A stretch of DNA of 32,000 bases from Candidatus Saccharimonadota bacterium. Its GTDB lineage: Bacteria; Patescibacteriota; Microgenomatia; UBA1406; GWC2-37-13. How positions within the stretch are numbered: position 1 is the stretch's first letter; each line of letters begins with the position of its first letter. The translations under genes were made by a program, and so were the position numbers. The notes beneath the pieces were generated by a model, which was not told the origin of the DNA, ran no database searches, and saw only the letters and a program-made list of their open reading frames with translations. Shown here piece by piece: positions 1 through 8,703 of this stretch. The stretch is from NCBI GenBank assembly GCA_016700135.1, contig CP065004.1, positions 960,001 through 992,000 of the forward strand. The letters run 5' to 3'.

Positions 1-375
1 CAAACATTTGAAAGGTTCCGGAAAAATATTGAAAATCATAAGAAGGCATTAATTGAGTTGTTAACGACAACCTTGAAAGGGAAATCAGTATATGGGTACG
101 GAGCATCAACAAAAGGAAATGTCATTCTTCAGTATGTCGGATTGACAGGAAAGGACATTCCCTTCATCATGGAAATCAATCCTGATAAATTCGGACGGGT
201 CACACCGGGCACCCATATTCCGATCATATCCGATGAAGAAGTAAGAAGAAAACCGCCTGAGTATTTCCTGGTCCTCCCCTGGCATTTCCGGGACACCATT
301 TTACGGAAAGAAACGTTTTACCGGAAACACGGAACACAATTTATTTTTCCGCTTCCGGAAATTGACATCGTATGA
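1..375 (+). CDS. C-terminal part of a sugar C-methyltransferase-type protein (5' end lies outside the window)
   Basis: Frame 1 is open from base 1: QTFERFRKNIENHKKALIELL precedes the tracked TTG at 58. GKSVYGYGASTKGNVILQYVGL...INPDKFGRVTPGTHIPIISDEE...PEYFLVLPWHFRDTI resembles, from memory, the C-terminal domain of NDP-hexose C-methyltransferases (TylCIII-like, Methyltransf_14). The stop overlaps the next ATG (ATGA at 372-375). Confidence 0.65.
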   Translation, partial: QTFERFRKNIENHKKALIELLTTTLKGKSVYGYGASTKGNVILQYVGLTGKDIPFIMEINPDKFGRVTPGTHIPIISDEEVRRKPPEYFLVLPWHFRDTILRKETFYRKHGTQFIFPLPEIDIV

Positions 376-1040
376 ATATTCCCACACTGCGCGCTGCTTT
401 ACGTGAACTTATCGTTCCCCGGTTGTATCCTCTTTTTGTCAGAAACGGCTCCGATACGTTTGAGTTTCAGGGAAAAACATATCCGTATCTCAGACATCCG
501 CACAATCGGACCTGGGTCAACGAGAGGATCATTGAAGTACCGTTGGGGCTTGATATGCTTGAGCAGTATAAGGGAAAACGGATTCTTGAAGTCGGTAATG
601 TGCTGTCAAATTACACGAAAAGAAATCATGAAGTTCTCGATAAATATGAAGTTGCACCCGGTGTCATGAACGAAGACATTGTTACATTTAATCCCGGTAA
701 AAAATATGATCTGATTCTGTGTATCTCAACTCTGGAGCATGTCGGCTGGGATGAGACACCGCGCGAACCCGATAAAGTTATTGATGCCGTCAGAAATATG
801 AAAAAACTGCTGGCACCGAAGGGATTATTACTCATTACAACTCCTTTCGGATACAACCCGTACCTTGATGTGCTGCTTCTTGAAGAAAAGCTTCCGGTTG
901 ATAAAACCTATTTTCTCGAAAGGAACAATTTTTGGAATGATTGGCATGAAATAAAAATGTCTGAACTATCAAAAACACATTATTCCTGGTCCATCATGCA
1001 TGCAAACACGGTTGGGGTAAGTTATTGCACATCTTCATGA
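372..1040 (+). CDS. putative class I SAM-dependent methyltransferase with a degenerate motif I
   Basis: The 222-aa ORF has KRILEVGNVLSNY in the motif I position (glycine-poor) and YDLILCISTLEHVGWDE as a typical post-motif segment. It is translationally coupled at both ends, with ATGA overlaps at 372-375 and 1037-1040. Confidence 0.5.
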   Translation: MNIPTLRAALRELIVPRLYPLFVRNGSDTFEFQGKTYPYLRHPHNRTWVNERIIEVPLGLDMLEQYKGKRILEVGNVLSNYTKRNHEVLDKYEVAPGVMNEDIVTFNPGKKYDLILCISTLEHVGWDETPREPDKVIDAVRNMKKLLAPKGLLLITTPFGYNPYLDVLLLEEKLPVDKTYFLERNNFWNDWHEIKMSELSKTHYSWSIMHANTVGVSYCTSS

Positions 1041-1963
1041 AACAGATTTCGATCTGTATTCCTACCTATAAACGTCGGGCATTTTTAGAACAGGCACTGT
1101 CCCCCATGCTTGATGAGGTTACAAAATACAAACTCGAATCATCTTTTGAAATCGTCATTTTCAATGACAACGGTCATGATGAAACGGATACCTTTATCCG
1201 TACGTTGCTTCACAAGTACCCTTTTATCACCTATGTTATGCAGAAAAAGCGAAGAGGACTTCGGAAAGCGATCGAATACCTTCCCGAAGTAGCATGCGGG
1301 AAATATATCTGGTTTTTTTCGGATGATGATGTCCCTGTCAAAGGAAGTCTGAAGTACGTGCTGGAGTTAATTCAACAAAAGAAACCGGGCATCATTTTCG
1401 GGAATGTCGATGATTTTAACGGAGAGAAAATCACCAGCCCGAATATGCTGCGGATGGATAAGGATATGGAACTTTCAACCAGAAAAGATTTTTTCCGGTT
1501 CCTCAGTACCAAATTCGGGAGGATTACGTACTTTACGTCATATATCTCAAACTTTATTATCAGGCGGGAACTCTATGAAAAATATTCTGATATTAACGCA
1601 AAATACGATTCCGAATTTAATATGACTCCCCTAGTTATCCCTTTTTTGTATTCGAAAATGGAATGTCCGATTATCATCACTAAAAAACCTATCGTGCTTC
1701 GCCGGACCGGTAATGAAAGCTGGGCTGATCCCGATCCTATCGCTCAAACCCTCAGGTCATATAAAATAAGCGGTTTTCATTTCGGGAATATCCAGAGGCT
1801 TAACTTTTGGGATATTCCGTTTGTACTGCATTTGTATTTCATCGCGCATACGGTGGAAAGGACACTGATTTCGATGGTCATACAAATCCCTTTCGGTCTG
1901 CAGCTAATCAGATTGTATTGGTCTCTTGAGAAGAAGATCTATTCCGTGGTTTTCTCAAAATGA
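1037..1963 (+). CDS. glycosyltransferase family 2 (GT-A fold)
   Basis: N-terminal ISICIPTYKRRAFLEQAL, then FEIVIFNDNGHDETD and a FFSDDDV DxD-type motif. I prefer the ATG at 1037 (ATGA overlap with the upstream stop) over the tracked 1025. Confidence 0.75.
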   Translation: MKQISICIPTYKRRAFLEQALSPMLDEVTKYKLESSFEIVIFNDNGHDETDTFIRTLLHKYPFITYVMQKKRRGLRKAIEYLPEVACGKYIWFFSDDDVPVKGSLKYVLELIQQKKPGIIFGNVDDFNGEKITSPNMLRMDKDMELSTRKDFFRFLSTKFGRITYFTSYISNFIIRRELYEKYSDINAKYDSEFNMTPLVIPFLYSKMECPIIITKKPIVLRRTGNESWADPDPIAQTLRSYKISGFHFGNIQRLNFWDIPFVLHLYFIAHTVERTLISMVIQIPFGLQLIRLYWSLEKKIYSVVFSK

Positions 1964-1983
1964 ATGGATGCTGAAAGACACTA

Positions 1984-2859
1984 TTATTTTAATTCTTCTG
2001 GTCTGAAAGCGAAATATACTGCACGTATCGTTACAGAAGCATGTCCCGGGTCTACCATAAGAAGAATTGCATATGAAATCAGTGCAATCGTAATTCTTAA
2101 GATACGTTCTATTCCGGAGAAATTTTTCAGCACGGTTCTCAAACGGTTTTTCCTGATATCAAATAAGTGGTCGGATTTTAAGACGTGCTTCTTATATGTC
2201 GATGAACCTTTGTGATAAACGAGACTGCTGTAGCAAACCATACATGTTCCTCCGTTTCGCTTTACTCTCAGACTGAGATCGACATCCTCATAATATCCCC
2301 GATACCATTCGTCAAAACCGCCCAGTTTCAGAAAAAATGATCTTTTGATCATGCAGGCAGTTCCGACGGTGTAGTCTACAGTTTTGCTTGTCACTCTCAT
2401 CATAGGTTTATTCCTTCCTATTCCGTATCCGCTTCCCCACCAACGATATTTCCCTCCGCGGTTGTCGACAACAGTCCGTTTATCGGAAAAAAGAATTTGC
2501 GGTTGGATAAATACTTTATTATTTCCCTCACAACACTGAATCAACTCTGAAATCCAATCAGGATCAACCTCCGTGTCATTGTTCAAAAAGATAATATATT
2601 CTCCTTTTGCATGTTTTGCACCGAGGTTGAAACCGCCGGTATAGAACAGGTTTTTTTCTGAACGGATATATGAGATTTGTTTATTTGTGCAGTACTCTTT
2701 CAGTTTGTCCGATGAGTCATTGGTTGAAGCGTTATCAACTACCAGAATGTCGAAATGGGGGTATCGGGTTTTCACGACTGACTGAATACATTTTTTTGTC
2801 AATGCAAATTCGTTGTAATGAAGAATGATGACCGTGATCCGCGGGAATTTTTCAGACAT
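1984..2859 (-). CDS. glycosyltransferase family 2
   Basis: ITVIILHYNEFALTKKCIQSV...ILVVDNASTNDSS...IIFLNNDTEV is a classic GT2 signature. The ATG at 2859 is preceded by GGAGGTG (minus strand AAGGATGGAGGTGGTTTATCC-ATG) and overlaps the upstream stop by 8 nt. The tracked start at 2973 is probably an over-extension. Confidence 0.8.
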   Translation of the reverse strand: MSEKFPRITVIILHYNEFALTKKCIQSVVKTRYPHFDILVVDNASTNDSSDKLKEYCTNKQISYIRSEKNLFYTGGFNLGAKHAKGEYIIFLNNDTEVDPDWISELIQCCEGNNKVFIQPQILFSDKRTVVDNRGGKYRWWGSGYGIGRNKPMMRVTSKTVDYTVGTACMIKRSFFLKLGGFDEWYRGYYEDVDLSLRVKRNGGTCMVCYSSLVYHKGSSTYKKHVLKSDHLFDIRKNRLRTVLKNFSGIERILRITIALISYAILLMVDPGHASVTIRAVYFAFRPEELK

Positions 2860-3835
2860 GGATAAACCACCTCCATCCTTTCTGTAAAAGTTTTCGAAAG
2901 GTGATCTTCCCGAAGACCTGAACGTCTTTTTTTCTGATGATCCGCTGCTTCTTTTCCAGAGTCCGATATCCATTCAACAGATTCCATCCCAGTCCTTTAT
3001 AGATTACAAAAGCCGATTGAAACTCACCTTGAAGAAACAGTTTCATTGAAAGTAAAATCCATCCAAGTATATGCAGCGGGACCATGTAAAGGGCAGTGTT
3101 TATCGGTGCATCTTTCAAAATATAATTCAGATTATTCTTTGATCCTTCAAAATACACCCGCTGTTTGGTTTGAGCTGTCATACTGCTTCTTTGACGGTGA
3201 TATACGACTGATCCCGGCAAGTAATTTATTTCATATCCGCCAAGCCATATGCGCCATGACAAATCCGTATCTTCCCCGTAAATCAAATAATCTTCATCAA
3301 AACCGCCGGCTTCTTCGAATACCTTTTTCCGGACAGCCATTCCTGCGGATTTTGCACCGAAAACCGGTGTAATCTTTCTGAATTTTTCAGGAGCTTCATT
3401 GACACCGAGCTCATACGGAAACCCGAAAATCGTCAAAAAATGGCCGATGCTGTCAAGTTTTTGATCTGATAATCTCAATTCACATTGGACGGCACCTGCC
3501 TGCAGATCCTTCATAAAAAACTTCCGTATTGTATAAAGGGTTTGATCCGTTATCTCCGTATCAACGTCAAGAAAAAACAGAATATCTCCTGATGCTTGTT
3601 GTGCCCCCTCGTTCCGTGACCGGGACGGTCCGATGTTGGTCTCATGAGAAATAAGACTCAGCTGCTTTTGCTTGTACTTTCTGATAAGGGCAGATGTTCT
3701 ATCCGTTGAGCCGTCATCAATCACCATGAGTTGATCCCCCGACAGAAGATTCGGAAGGACGGAATCAATACATTTTTGAATATACTTCTCAGCATTGAAA
3801 CACGGAATGATAATTGAGATATCAGCCTTTGACAT
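2852..3835 (-). CDS. glycosyltransferase family 2
   Basis: ISIIIPCFNAEKYIQKCIDSV...LMVIDDGSTDRTS...FFLDVDTE, with hydrophobic helices at the C-terminus. The tracked start at 3853 is a TTG, and the ATG at 3835 (MSKADISIII) is more natural. It overlaps the stop of the upstream gene at 3822. Confidence 0.8.
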   Translation of the reverse strand: MSKADISIIIPCFNAEKYIQKCIDSVLPNLLSGDQLMVIDDGSTDRTSALIRKYKQKQLSLISHETNIGPSRSRNEGAQQASGDILFFLDVDTEITDQTLYTIRKFFMKDLQAGAVQCELRLSDQKLDSIGHFLTIFGFPYELGVNEAPEKFRKITPVFGAKSAGMAVRKKVFEEAGGFDEDYLIYGEDTDLSWRIWLGGYEINYLPGSVVYHRQRSSMTAQTKQRVYFEGSKNNLNYILKDAPINTALYMVPLHILGWILLSMKLFLQGEFQSAFVIYKGLGWNLLNGYRTLEKKQRIIRKKDVQVFGKITFRKLLQKGWRWFIHV

Positions 3836-4835
3836 ATCGGATTGCTTTGTCAAGATAATGAGTAATAGGTTCCGAATTTCCGACTTTTTTCAGTAAATCT
3901 TCATCGGAGATAATTCGTAACCTTTGAATTTTTTTCCTTTCACGCAGGGTATCCGTGATATTCATAAAGTTCCATAATATACCCTGCACGAGTTCTCCTC
4001 CCGCTCTCAGATCAAACCGAAGCAATATTATGACTGCAAGCACAATCCAGATCCCGACCTGCACAGGTAAAGCATACCAGAGTCTTTTACCCTCAACATT
4101 TTTAATAACTGACCGGATGGTATTCCTGCATCCGCGGTACTTCGGCTGAAGCATGCTGTAATATTTTTTTGTTTTTTCGTAAGTCGGATCATTGTGAAAA
4201 ACGGTGATTGCAGGTTGGTACAGGACAGTGTATCCCGCCAGCCAATTACGGAAACAAAGGTCAGTATCCTCCACCAGCCATTCCATCTTTTCATCAAATC
4301 CTCCGATCCGTTCGAACTGCTTTTTCGGAATGATCATTGCGGCAGATTTTCCCGAAAAAACGAACGCTTCTTTTTCAAACTGGCCGGTATTGATTGCAGC
4401 TTTCGCACGGTCAATCAGAAGATAAAATGGTGTGAGCAATTCTCCCGCACTGTCAAATCTGTTTGAGTGAAAACGGAGAAGTTTGCAGAGCATAATTGCG
4501 TTCGAATTAGTTTTATACAGTTGCGGAACGGTTTCTCCCCAGCCGGGCTGTATTTCGGTATCAGAATCGAGAAAAAACAAATACGTTCCGCTGCTTTTTC
4601 TCACGGCATAGTTGCGTGCTGCGGCAGCTCCTTTTTTTGACTGAAAAGTGTAAAGCGTTATCATTTTCCGTCGTTCATATGTTTTGAGAATTTTCCCGGT
4701 ATCGTCATCTGAGGCATCATCAACCGCAATAATCTCATAGTTTTCCGTTTTTTCCGCAAGCAATGAATCAATGCAGGTTTTGATAAATTGTTCTGCATTT
4801 CTTACTGCGATAATAATTGAAATTTCAGGTTTCAT
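3822..4835 (-). CDS. glycosyltransferase family 2
   Basis: EISIIIAVRNAEQFIKTCIDSL...IIAVDDASDDDTG...LFFLDSDTE, with a C-terminal hydrophobic segment. The ATG at 4835 forms an ATGA overlap with the stop of the upstream gene (4832-4835). The tracked start at 4925 is an over-extension. Confidence 0.8.
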   Translation of the reverse strand: MKPEISIIIAVRNAEQFIKTCIDSLLAEKTENYEIIAVDDASDDDTGKILKTYERRKMITLYTFQSKKGAAAARNYAVRKSSGTYLFFLDSDTEIQPGWGETVPQLYKTNSNAIMLCKLLRFHSNRFDSAGELLTPFYLLIDRAKAAINTGQFEKEAFVFSGKSAAMIIPKKQFERIGGFDEKMEWLVEDTDLCFRNWLAGYTVLYQPAITVFHNDPTYEKTKKYYSMLQPKYRGCRNTIRSVIKNVEGKRLWYALPVQVGIWIVLAVIILLRFDLRAGGELVQGILWNFMNITDTLRERKKIQRLRIISDEDLLKKVGNSEPITHYLDKAIRYVKG

Positions 4836-5800
4836 ATCGGTCGGAATAATCCTACAATACTTCCGGGGATGGCGCCGAGAAGCTCCCGTTTCCCGGTTCT
4901 CATGAAAAGAAATATATAGTAGCAATTCTGTAGTAAAACATTGAAGAGAAACCGTAGTCGGGCTGATGAATCAGTTCTTGAAAGATGTTTTCGATAGAAG
5001 ATAATAAAATTTTGAATACGGTGATATGAGTCGACGCGGACATGAGCTGATTTCTGTACATTGTGAAAGACTTGAGCCTGCGGATTGAATACGTTCGTAT
5101 ACCCGGCTTCAGTGATTTTGCAGGCAACATCTGCTTCATGATATTCGGAAAGTCCCTGAGCAAAGGTGGGATCAAATCCGCCAAACTCTTCAAGAAGTGT
5201 CCGTCGTACGGCAAAGTTACAGGCTTCAAGATTATCAACTGATTTCGGTTCCCCGATTTTTTGAACCGATTCCTCAAAATTGGATCCGAGGGTAAAAGCA
5301 CCGCTACGGGTAAACAGGCTTACTTCCTTCATCTTCCCTTCATAAATAACATCCGTATACAAATACGAAAGAAGCTTCTTCAAAGGATTTGTTGATTTCT
5401 CAAAATCATTCAAAAACGCAAAAAGATCCCGGCCATCCATTAGTTTCTTTTTAATAATCGTGGGACCGGTCACTCCTCCTACCTTTTTATCTTCAAATGA
5501 TGTGAGAATAGCTTTGAGCCAGTTTTTATCAGCCACAATATCATCATCAATTCTGATAAAAATATCATCTTTTGCGTGATTTAAAGCCAGGTTTGCCGCA
5601 TGCAATAATCCCCGTTTCGGCTGAACCAAAAAAAGATAATCTTTGATATATTTTTTCAGAAGTTTTTTAATATGATCGTTGTCCGTGAGTGACACGGCAA
5701 TAACGGAAAAACGCTGATCGGACTGTTCTGACAAACTTTTAAGACAGTTTACCAGTTGTTCAGAATCTCTTGAAATCGGTATGAAGATATTCGCTTTCAT
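4832..5800 (-). CDS. GT2-like glycosyltransferase
   Basis: NIFIPISRDSEQLVNCLKSLSEQSD...IFIRIDDDIVADKNWL has GT-A-like N-terminal topology with a DDD motif. The start forms an ATGA overlap with the upstream gene at 5797-5800. Confidence 0.7.
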   Translation of the reverse strand: MKANIFIPISRDSEQLVNCLKSLSEQSDQRFSVIAVSLTDNDHIKKLLKKYIKDYLFLVQPKRGLLHAANLALNHAKDDIFIRIDDDIVADKNWLKAILTSFEDKKVGGVTGPTIIKKKLMDGRDLFAFLNDFEKSTNPLKKLLSYLYTDVIYEGKMKEVSLFTRSGAFTLGSNFEESVQKIGEPKSVDNLEACNFAVRRTLLEEFGGFDPTFAQGLSEYHEADVACKITEAGYTNVFNPQAQVFHNVQKSAHVRVDSYHRIQNFIIFYRKHLSRTDSSARLRFLFNVLLQNCYYIFLFMRTGKRELLGAIPGSIVGLFRPI

Positions 5801-6936
5801 AAGGCAAGAATGCGAGAATAATAGTTAAAATATTGTACGGCGGTATTCTCAGGATTCCGGCTTTTTGCAAGGTGAATAGTATTTTTGATGAGCATGTCTC
5901 TCAGTTTTCTATCATTGGTAATCATTTCAAATGCATCTGCCCAATGGTTATTATCAATAAGCATGCCGTTTTTCAGATGACTAATGTCTTCTTTCAGGTG
6001 ATCTACATCGGATGCCAAAATACAGGAGTGATATCCTCTTGCCTGATACAAAGGTCCGCTGGAGCCGACATTTATTAATGCAGGATTTATTACTGCATAT
6101 GCTTTTTCGTACAAGAAATCAAGTTCCGATTCGTCAATTATTTCACCGCGAAATTCAATGGCAGGACAGGGAGTAATCAGTTTTTTTATCGATTCAACAT
6201 ATGTTTCCTGACCCCGAATTGTTCCACCTGCAATTATGAACCGGTAGCCGGTATGTTTTTTCTGAAAATCCGAAAAAGCGGAAATCACGGTTTCCAGTCC
6301 TTTTCGCGGTGTGATGTATCCGAAATACAGAAAATACTTCTCAGGATTCCTGTTATGGACTTTCTTTTCGGGAATACATGCCGGAATGACATGGATCTTT
6401 TTTTTAGATACCCGGTATTGTTTTTCAAGTAAATGTACGGCTCTTTCGGTATGACAAACAATACCGTCAGTGGTTAGTCCGATAAACCACAGAATGAAGG
6501 TAAAAAACTTTCTGAGGAAAAACGGTTTTGCGAGAATCGACTTTAGATGAAAGGCAGAAACAAAATCATCGTTCATATTGTCCAAATCCAGGACGGCATG
6601 GATGGTCACAACAACTGGATAACCGAGCATCTTTAAAACGGCAAGAAACAGCGGGAACATGACCGCAGATACTGCTCCTCCGTACATCATAAACTCATGC
6701 TGGAGATGAATAATGTCTGGTTTTGTCTGAAGTATTTTTTTGAGAATCGGAACAAAAAAGAACGGACCTTTTTCCCAAACAGGAAATACGGTTCCGCAGC
6801 CCTGCAGCGTTTTATTTGCCGGATTTTTTTCAGCCGCAACAAAGACCTCTAAGTCGGAATTCCTGGTCAGGGAGTTTGTAAGTATTTGGGTATAATGACC
6901 GAACGGCTGAAGCGTCGAAACAATAAAAACTTTCAT
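5797..6936 (-). CDS. glycosyltransferase, GT-B fold (GT4/GT1 group-1 type)
   Basis: The C-terminal half reads FLYFGYITPRKGLETVISAF...FIIAGG...ELDFLYEKAYAVINPA...GPLYQARGYHSCILASD, which is typical of group-1 glycosyltransferases. It is the first gene of the minus-strand five-gene chain. Confidence 0.75.
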   Translation of the reverse strand: MKVFIVSTLQPFGHYTQILTNSLTRNSDLEVFVAAEKNPANKTLQGCGTVFPVWEKGPFFFVPILKKILQTKPDIIHLQHEFMMYGGAVSAVMFPLFLAVLKMLGYPVVVTIHAVLDLDNMNDDFVSAFHLKSILAKPFFLRKFFTFILWFIGLTTDGIVCHTERAVHLLEKQYRVSKKKIHVIPACIPEKKVHNRNPEKYFLYFGYITPRKGLETVISAFSDFQKKHTGYRFIIAGGTIRGQETYVESIKKLITPCPAIEFRGEIIDESELDFLYEKAYAVINPALINVGSSGPLYQARGYHSCILASDVDHLKEDISHLKNGMLIDNNHWADAFEMITNDRKLRDMLIKNTIHLAKSRNPENTAVQYFNYYSRILAL

Positions 6937-6988
6937 GTGTGGGTTCAGTTATTATACTCCATTTCATATGCGTAGTATAATGATTTCC

Positions 6989-8662
6989 ATGGGCAAAAAA
7001 AAATGGCGCAACAGAGAAAAAAAGATAAAAGAGGATGAAAAACCGAAATCAGAGGAGATGCAGAAAATTGAAAAATACATGTACCCTGCCATTATTACTC
7101 TTCTTGTCCTGATAACATATTTTAACGCATTCAATAACGCATTTGTATCGGACGACATCTATGGTATCGTTAACAATCCGGCGATCGGTCAGTGGAAAAA
7201 TGTGACTTCCCAAATACTTAAATTCTTTCAGCCGCTTCTTTACTTTTTGATTTATCAGATTGATCCCACAAACCCCACATTATTCAGAGTTTTCAACATA
7301 CTTGTTCATATGGGGGTTGCCAACCTTGTTTTCATTTTGGTCAAGCGGTTTGTCAATCCGATGGCTGCGTTTATTGCCGGAGCTTTATTTGCCGTACATC
7401 CGATCCTGGTCGAGTCAGTCTCTTGGATTTCAGGAGGAATTTATTCATGGTATACCTTTTTCTTTTTACTTTCATTCTATTACTATCTCGCAAGGGACCG
7501 TATCACATGGCGATATTACCTTTCCGTTTTTTTCTTCTGGATGTCACTTGTCGTCGGCGTTCCGGCAGTTGTCCTTTCGGGAGTTTTTATCTTGTATGAG
7601 TTGTCATTCGGGAATATTGTCAAAAAATGGATGTGGTCTCTCCCCTATTTTGTCCTGTCCGGCATATATGCCTTCCTCACGCTTAAAGGATACGGGACCC
7701 GGGTCCAATCGCTATCCGCAACCAATAATTCTGCTCCTGAAGTACTCAATCCGATGATACAGGTACCAGTTGCAATTAGTGAATATATCAGACTGTTTTT
7801 GTGGCCGGATTCTCTGACACTGTATCAGTCAGAATTGTCAGCGCCGCCTCTTGAATATACGGTGAGACTGATTGTTTTTCTGACGGTATTCGGTGTGACC
7901 GTTTATTCATTTTTTAAAAATAAACATGTATTTTTCGGGCTTTCGATTTTTTTCCTTGGATTGTTGCCGACTCTTACACCGATTTCCATCGCGTGGGTTG
8001 TTGCGGAGCGGTACGCATATTTCAGTATGATCGGATTGGTATATATTGTCGGATACGGGCTTACACGGATTCATAAACGGTATGACGGCATTGTTTACGG
8101 ACTGCTGGTTCTTGCCATCGTAGCGTTGTCGATCCGCACAATAGTCAGAAACAACGACTGGGACAATGAAGACAATCTTTGGATCGCCACTGTCAAAACG
8201 TCACCTTCGGATCCTAAATCTCACAACAATATGGGTGATGTGTATGCCCGTCACGATGATTTAGAAAATGCCGCCCGGGCATTTAATAATGCCATAAAAC
8301 TCAATCCCGGATATCCGGATGCACACCACAATCTCGGGAATATTTATATGAAGCAGGGAAAAACTGAAGAAGCCGAACAGTTATTTAAAAGAGCCATCGA
8401 ACTCAATCCTGGCCTCTGGCAGCCGCATCAAAATCTCGGAGCAATTTATTACAATCAGGGTAATTATCAAAAAGCGCTAGAAGAAAATTTGACAGTGCTC
8501 AAGATGAATCCCAATCAAGTCAGCGCTTATCTGAATGTCGGAGTGATTTATTTCCAGCTGGGTGAAAAGGAACAGGCACGTAGGTATTTTGAGATAGTTT
8601 TATCAGCCGATCCCAACAACCAAATGGCCCAGCAAGGTATCATTGAATTGAACAAACTCTGA
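6989..8662 (+). CDS. multi-TM GT-C-like glycosyltransferase fused to C-terminal TPR repeats (PMT/TMTC-like)
   Basis: A Lys-rich N-terminus is followed by about 10 hydrophobic helices. The first loop carries NAFVSDDIYGIVNN (DD at 7151-7156). The C-terminus has about four TPR units (NNMGDVYARHDDLENAARAFNNAIKLNPGYPDAHHNLGNIYMKQGK...). I prefer the ATG at 6989 because TATAAT (6976-6981) lies 7 nt upstream. The tracked start at 6935 would overlap the divergent gene's start. Confidence 0.7.
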   Translation: MGKKKWRNREKKIKEDEKPKSEEMQKIEKYMYPAIITLLVLITYFNAFNNAFVSDDIYGIVNNPAIGQWKNVTSQILKFFQPLLYFLIYQIDPTNPTLFRVFNILVHMGVANLVFILVKRFVNPMAAFIAGALFAVHPILVESVSWISGGIYSWYTFFFLLSFYYYLARDRITWRYYLSVFFFWMSLVVGVPAVVLSGVFILYELSFGNIVKKWMWSLPYFVLSGIYAFLTLKGYGTRVQSLSATNNSAPEVLNPMIQVPVAISEYIRLFLWPDSLTLYQSELSAPPLEYTVRLIVFLTVFGVTVYSFFKNKHVFFGLSIFFLGLLPTLTPISIAWVVAERYAYFSMIGLVYIVGYGLTRIHKRYDGIVYGLLVLAIVALSIRTIVRNNDWDNEDNLWIATVKTSPSDPKSHNNMGDVYARHDDLENAARAFNNAIKLNPGYPDAHHNLGNIYMKQGKTEEAEQLFKRAIELNPGLWQPHQNLGAIYYNQGNYQKALEENLTVLKMNPNQVSAYLNVGVIYFQLGEKEQARRYFEIVLSADPNNQMAQQGIIELNKL

Positions 8663-8703
8663 TTGTTGGTATACTGATTATACAATTACATTAGCTCCGC
8701 CTC

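Noticed and set aside
2860-2973. N-terminal extensions of tracked ORFs (1984..2973, 3822..4925, 23535..24500, 24482..24940, 31190..31783, 6935..8662)
   Set aside because: In each case an internal ATG gives a canonical family N-terminus. That ATG is also supported by an SD, an ATGA overlap or a closely spaced -10 box. The extensions overlap upstream genes or structured elements, or start at TTG.
372-5800. Alternative genetic code with TGA read as an amino acid (as in some candidate-phyla bacteria)
   Set aside because: TGA closes well-defined ORFs exactly at ATGA start/stop overlaps (372-375, 1037-1040, 4832-4835, 5797-5800, 23535-23538). The conserved proteins (GyrA/B, LepA, Pyk, AhcY) have normal lengths with no in-frame TGA.
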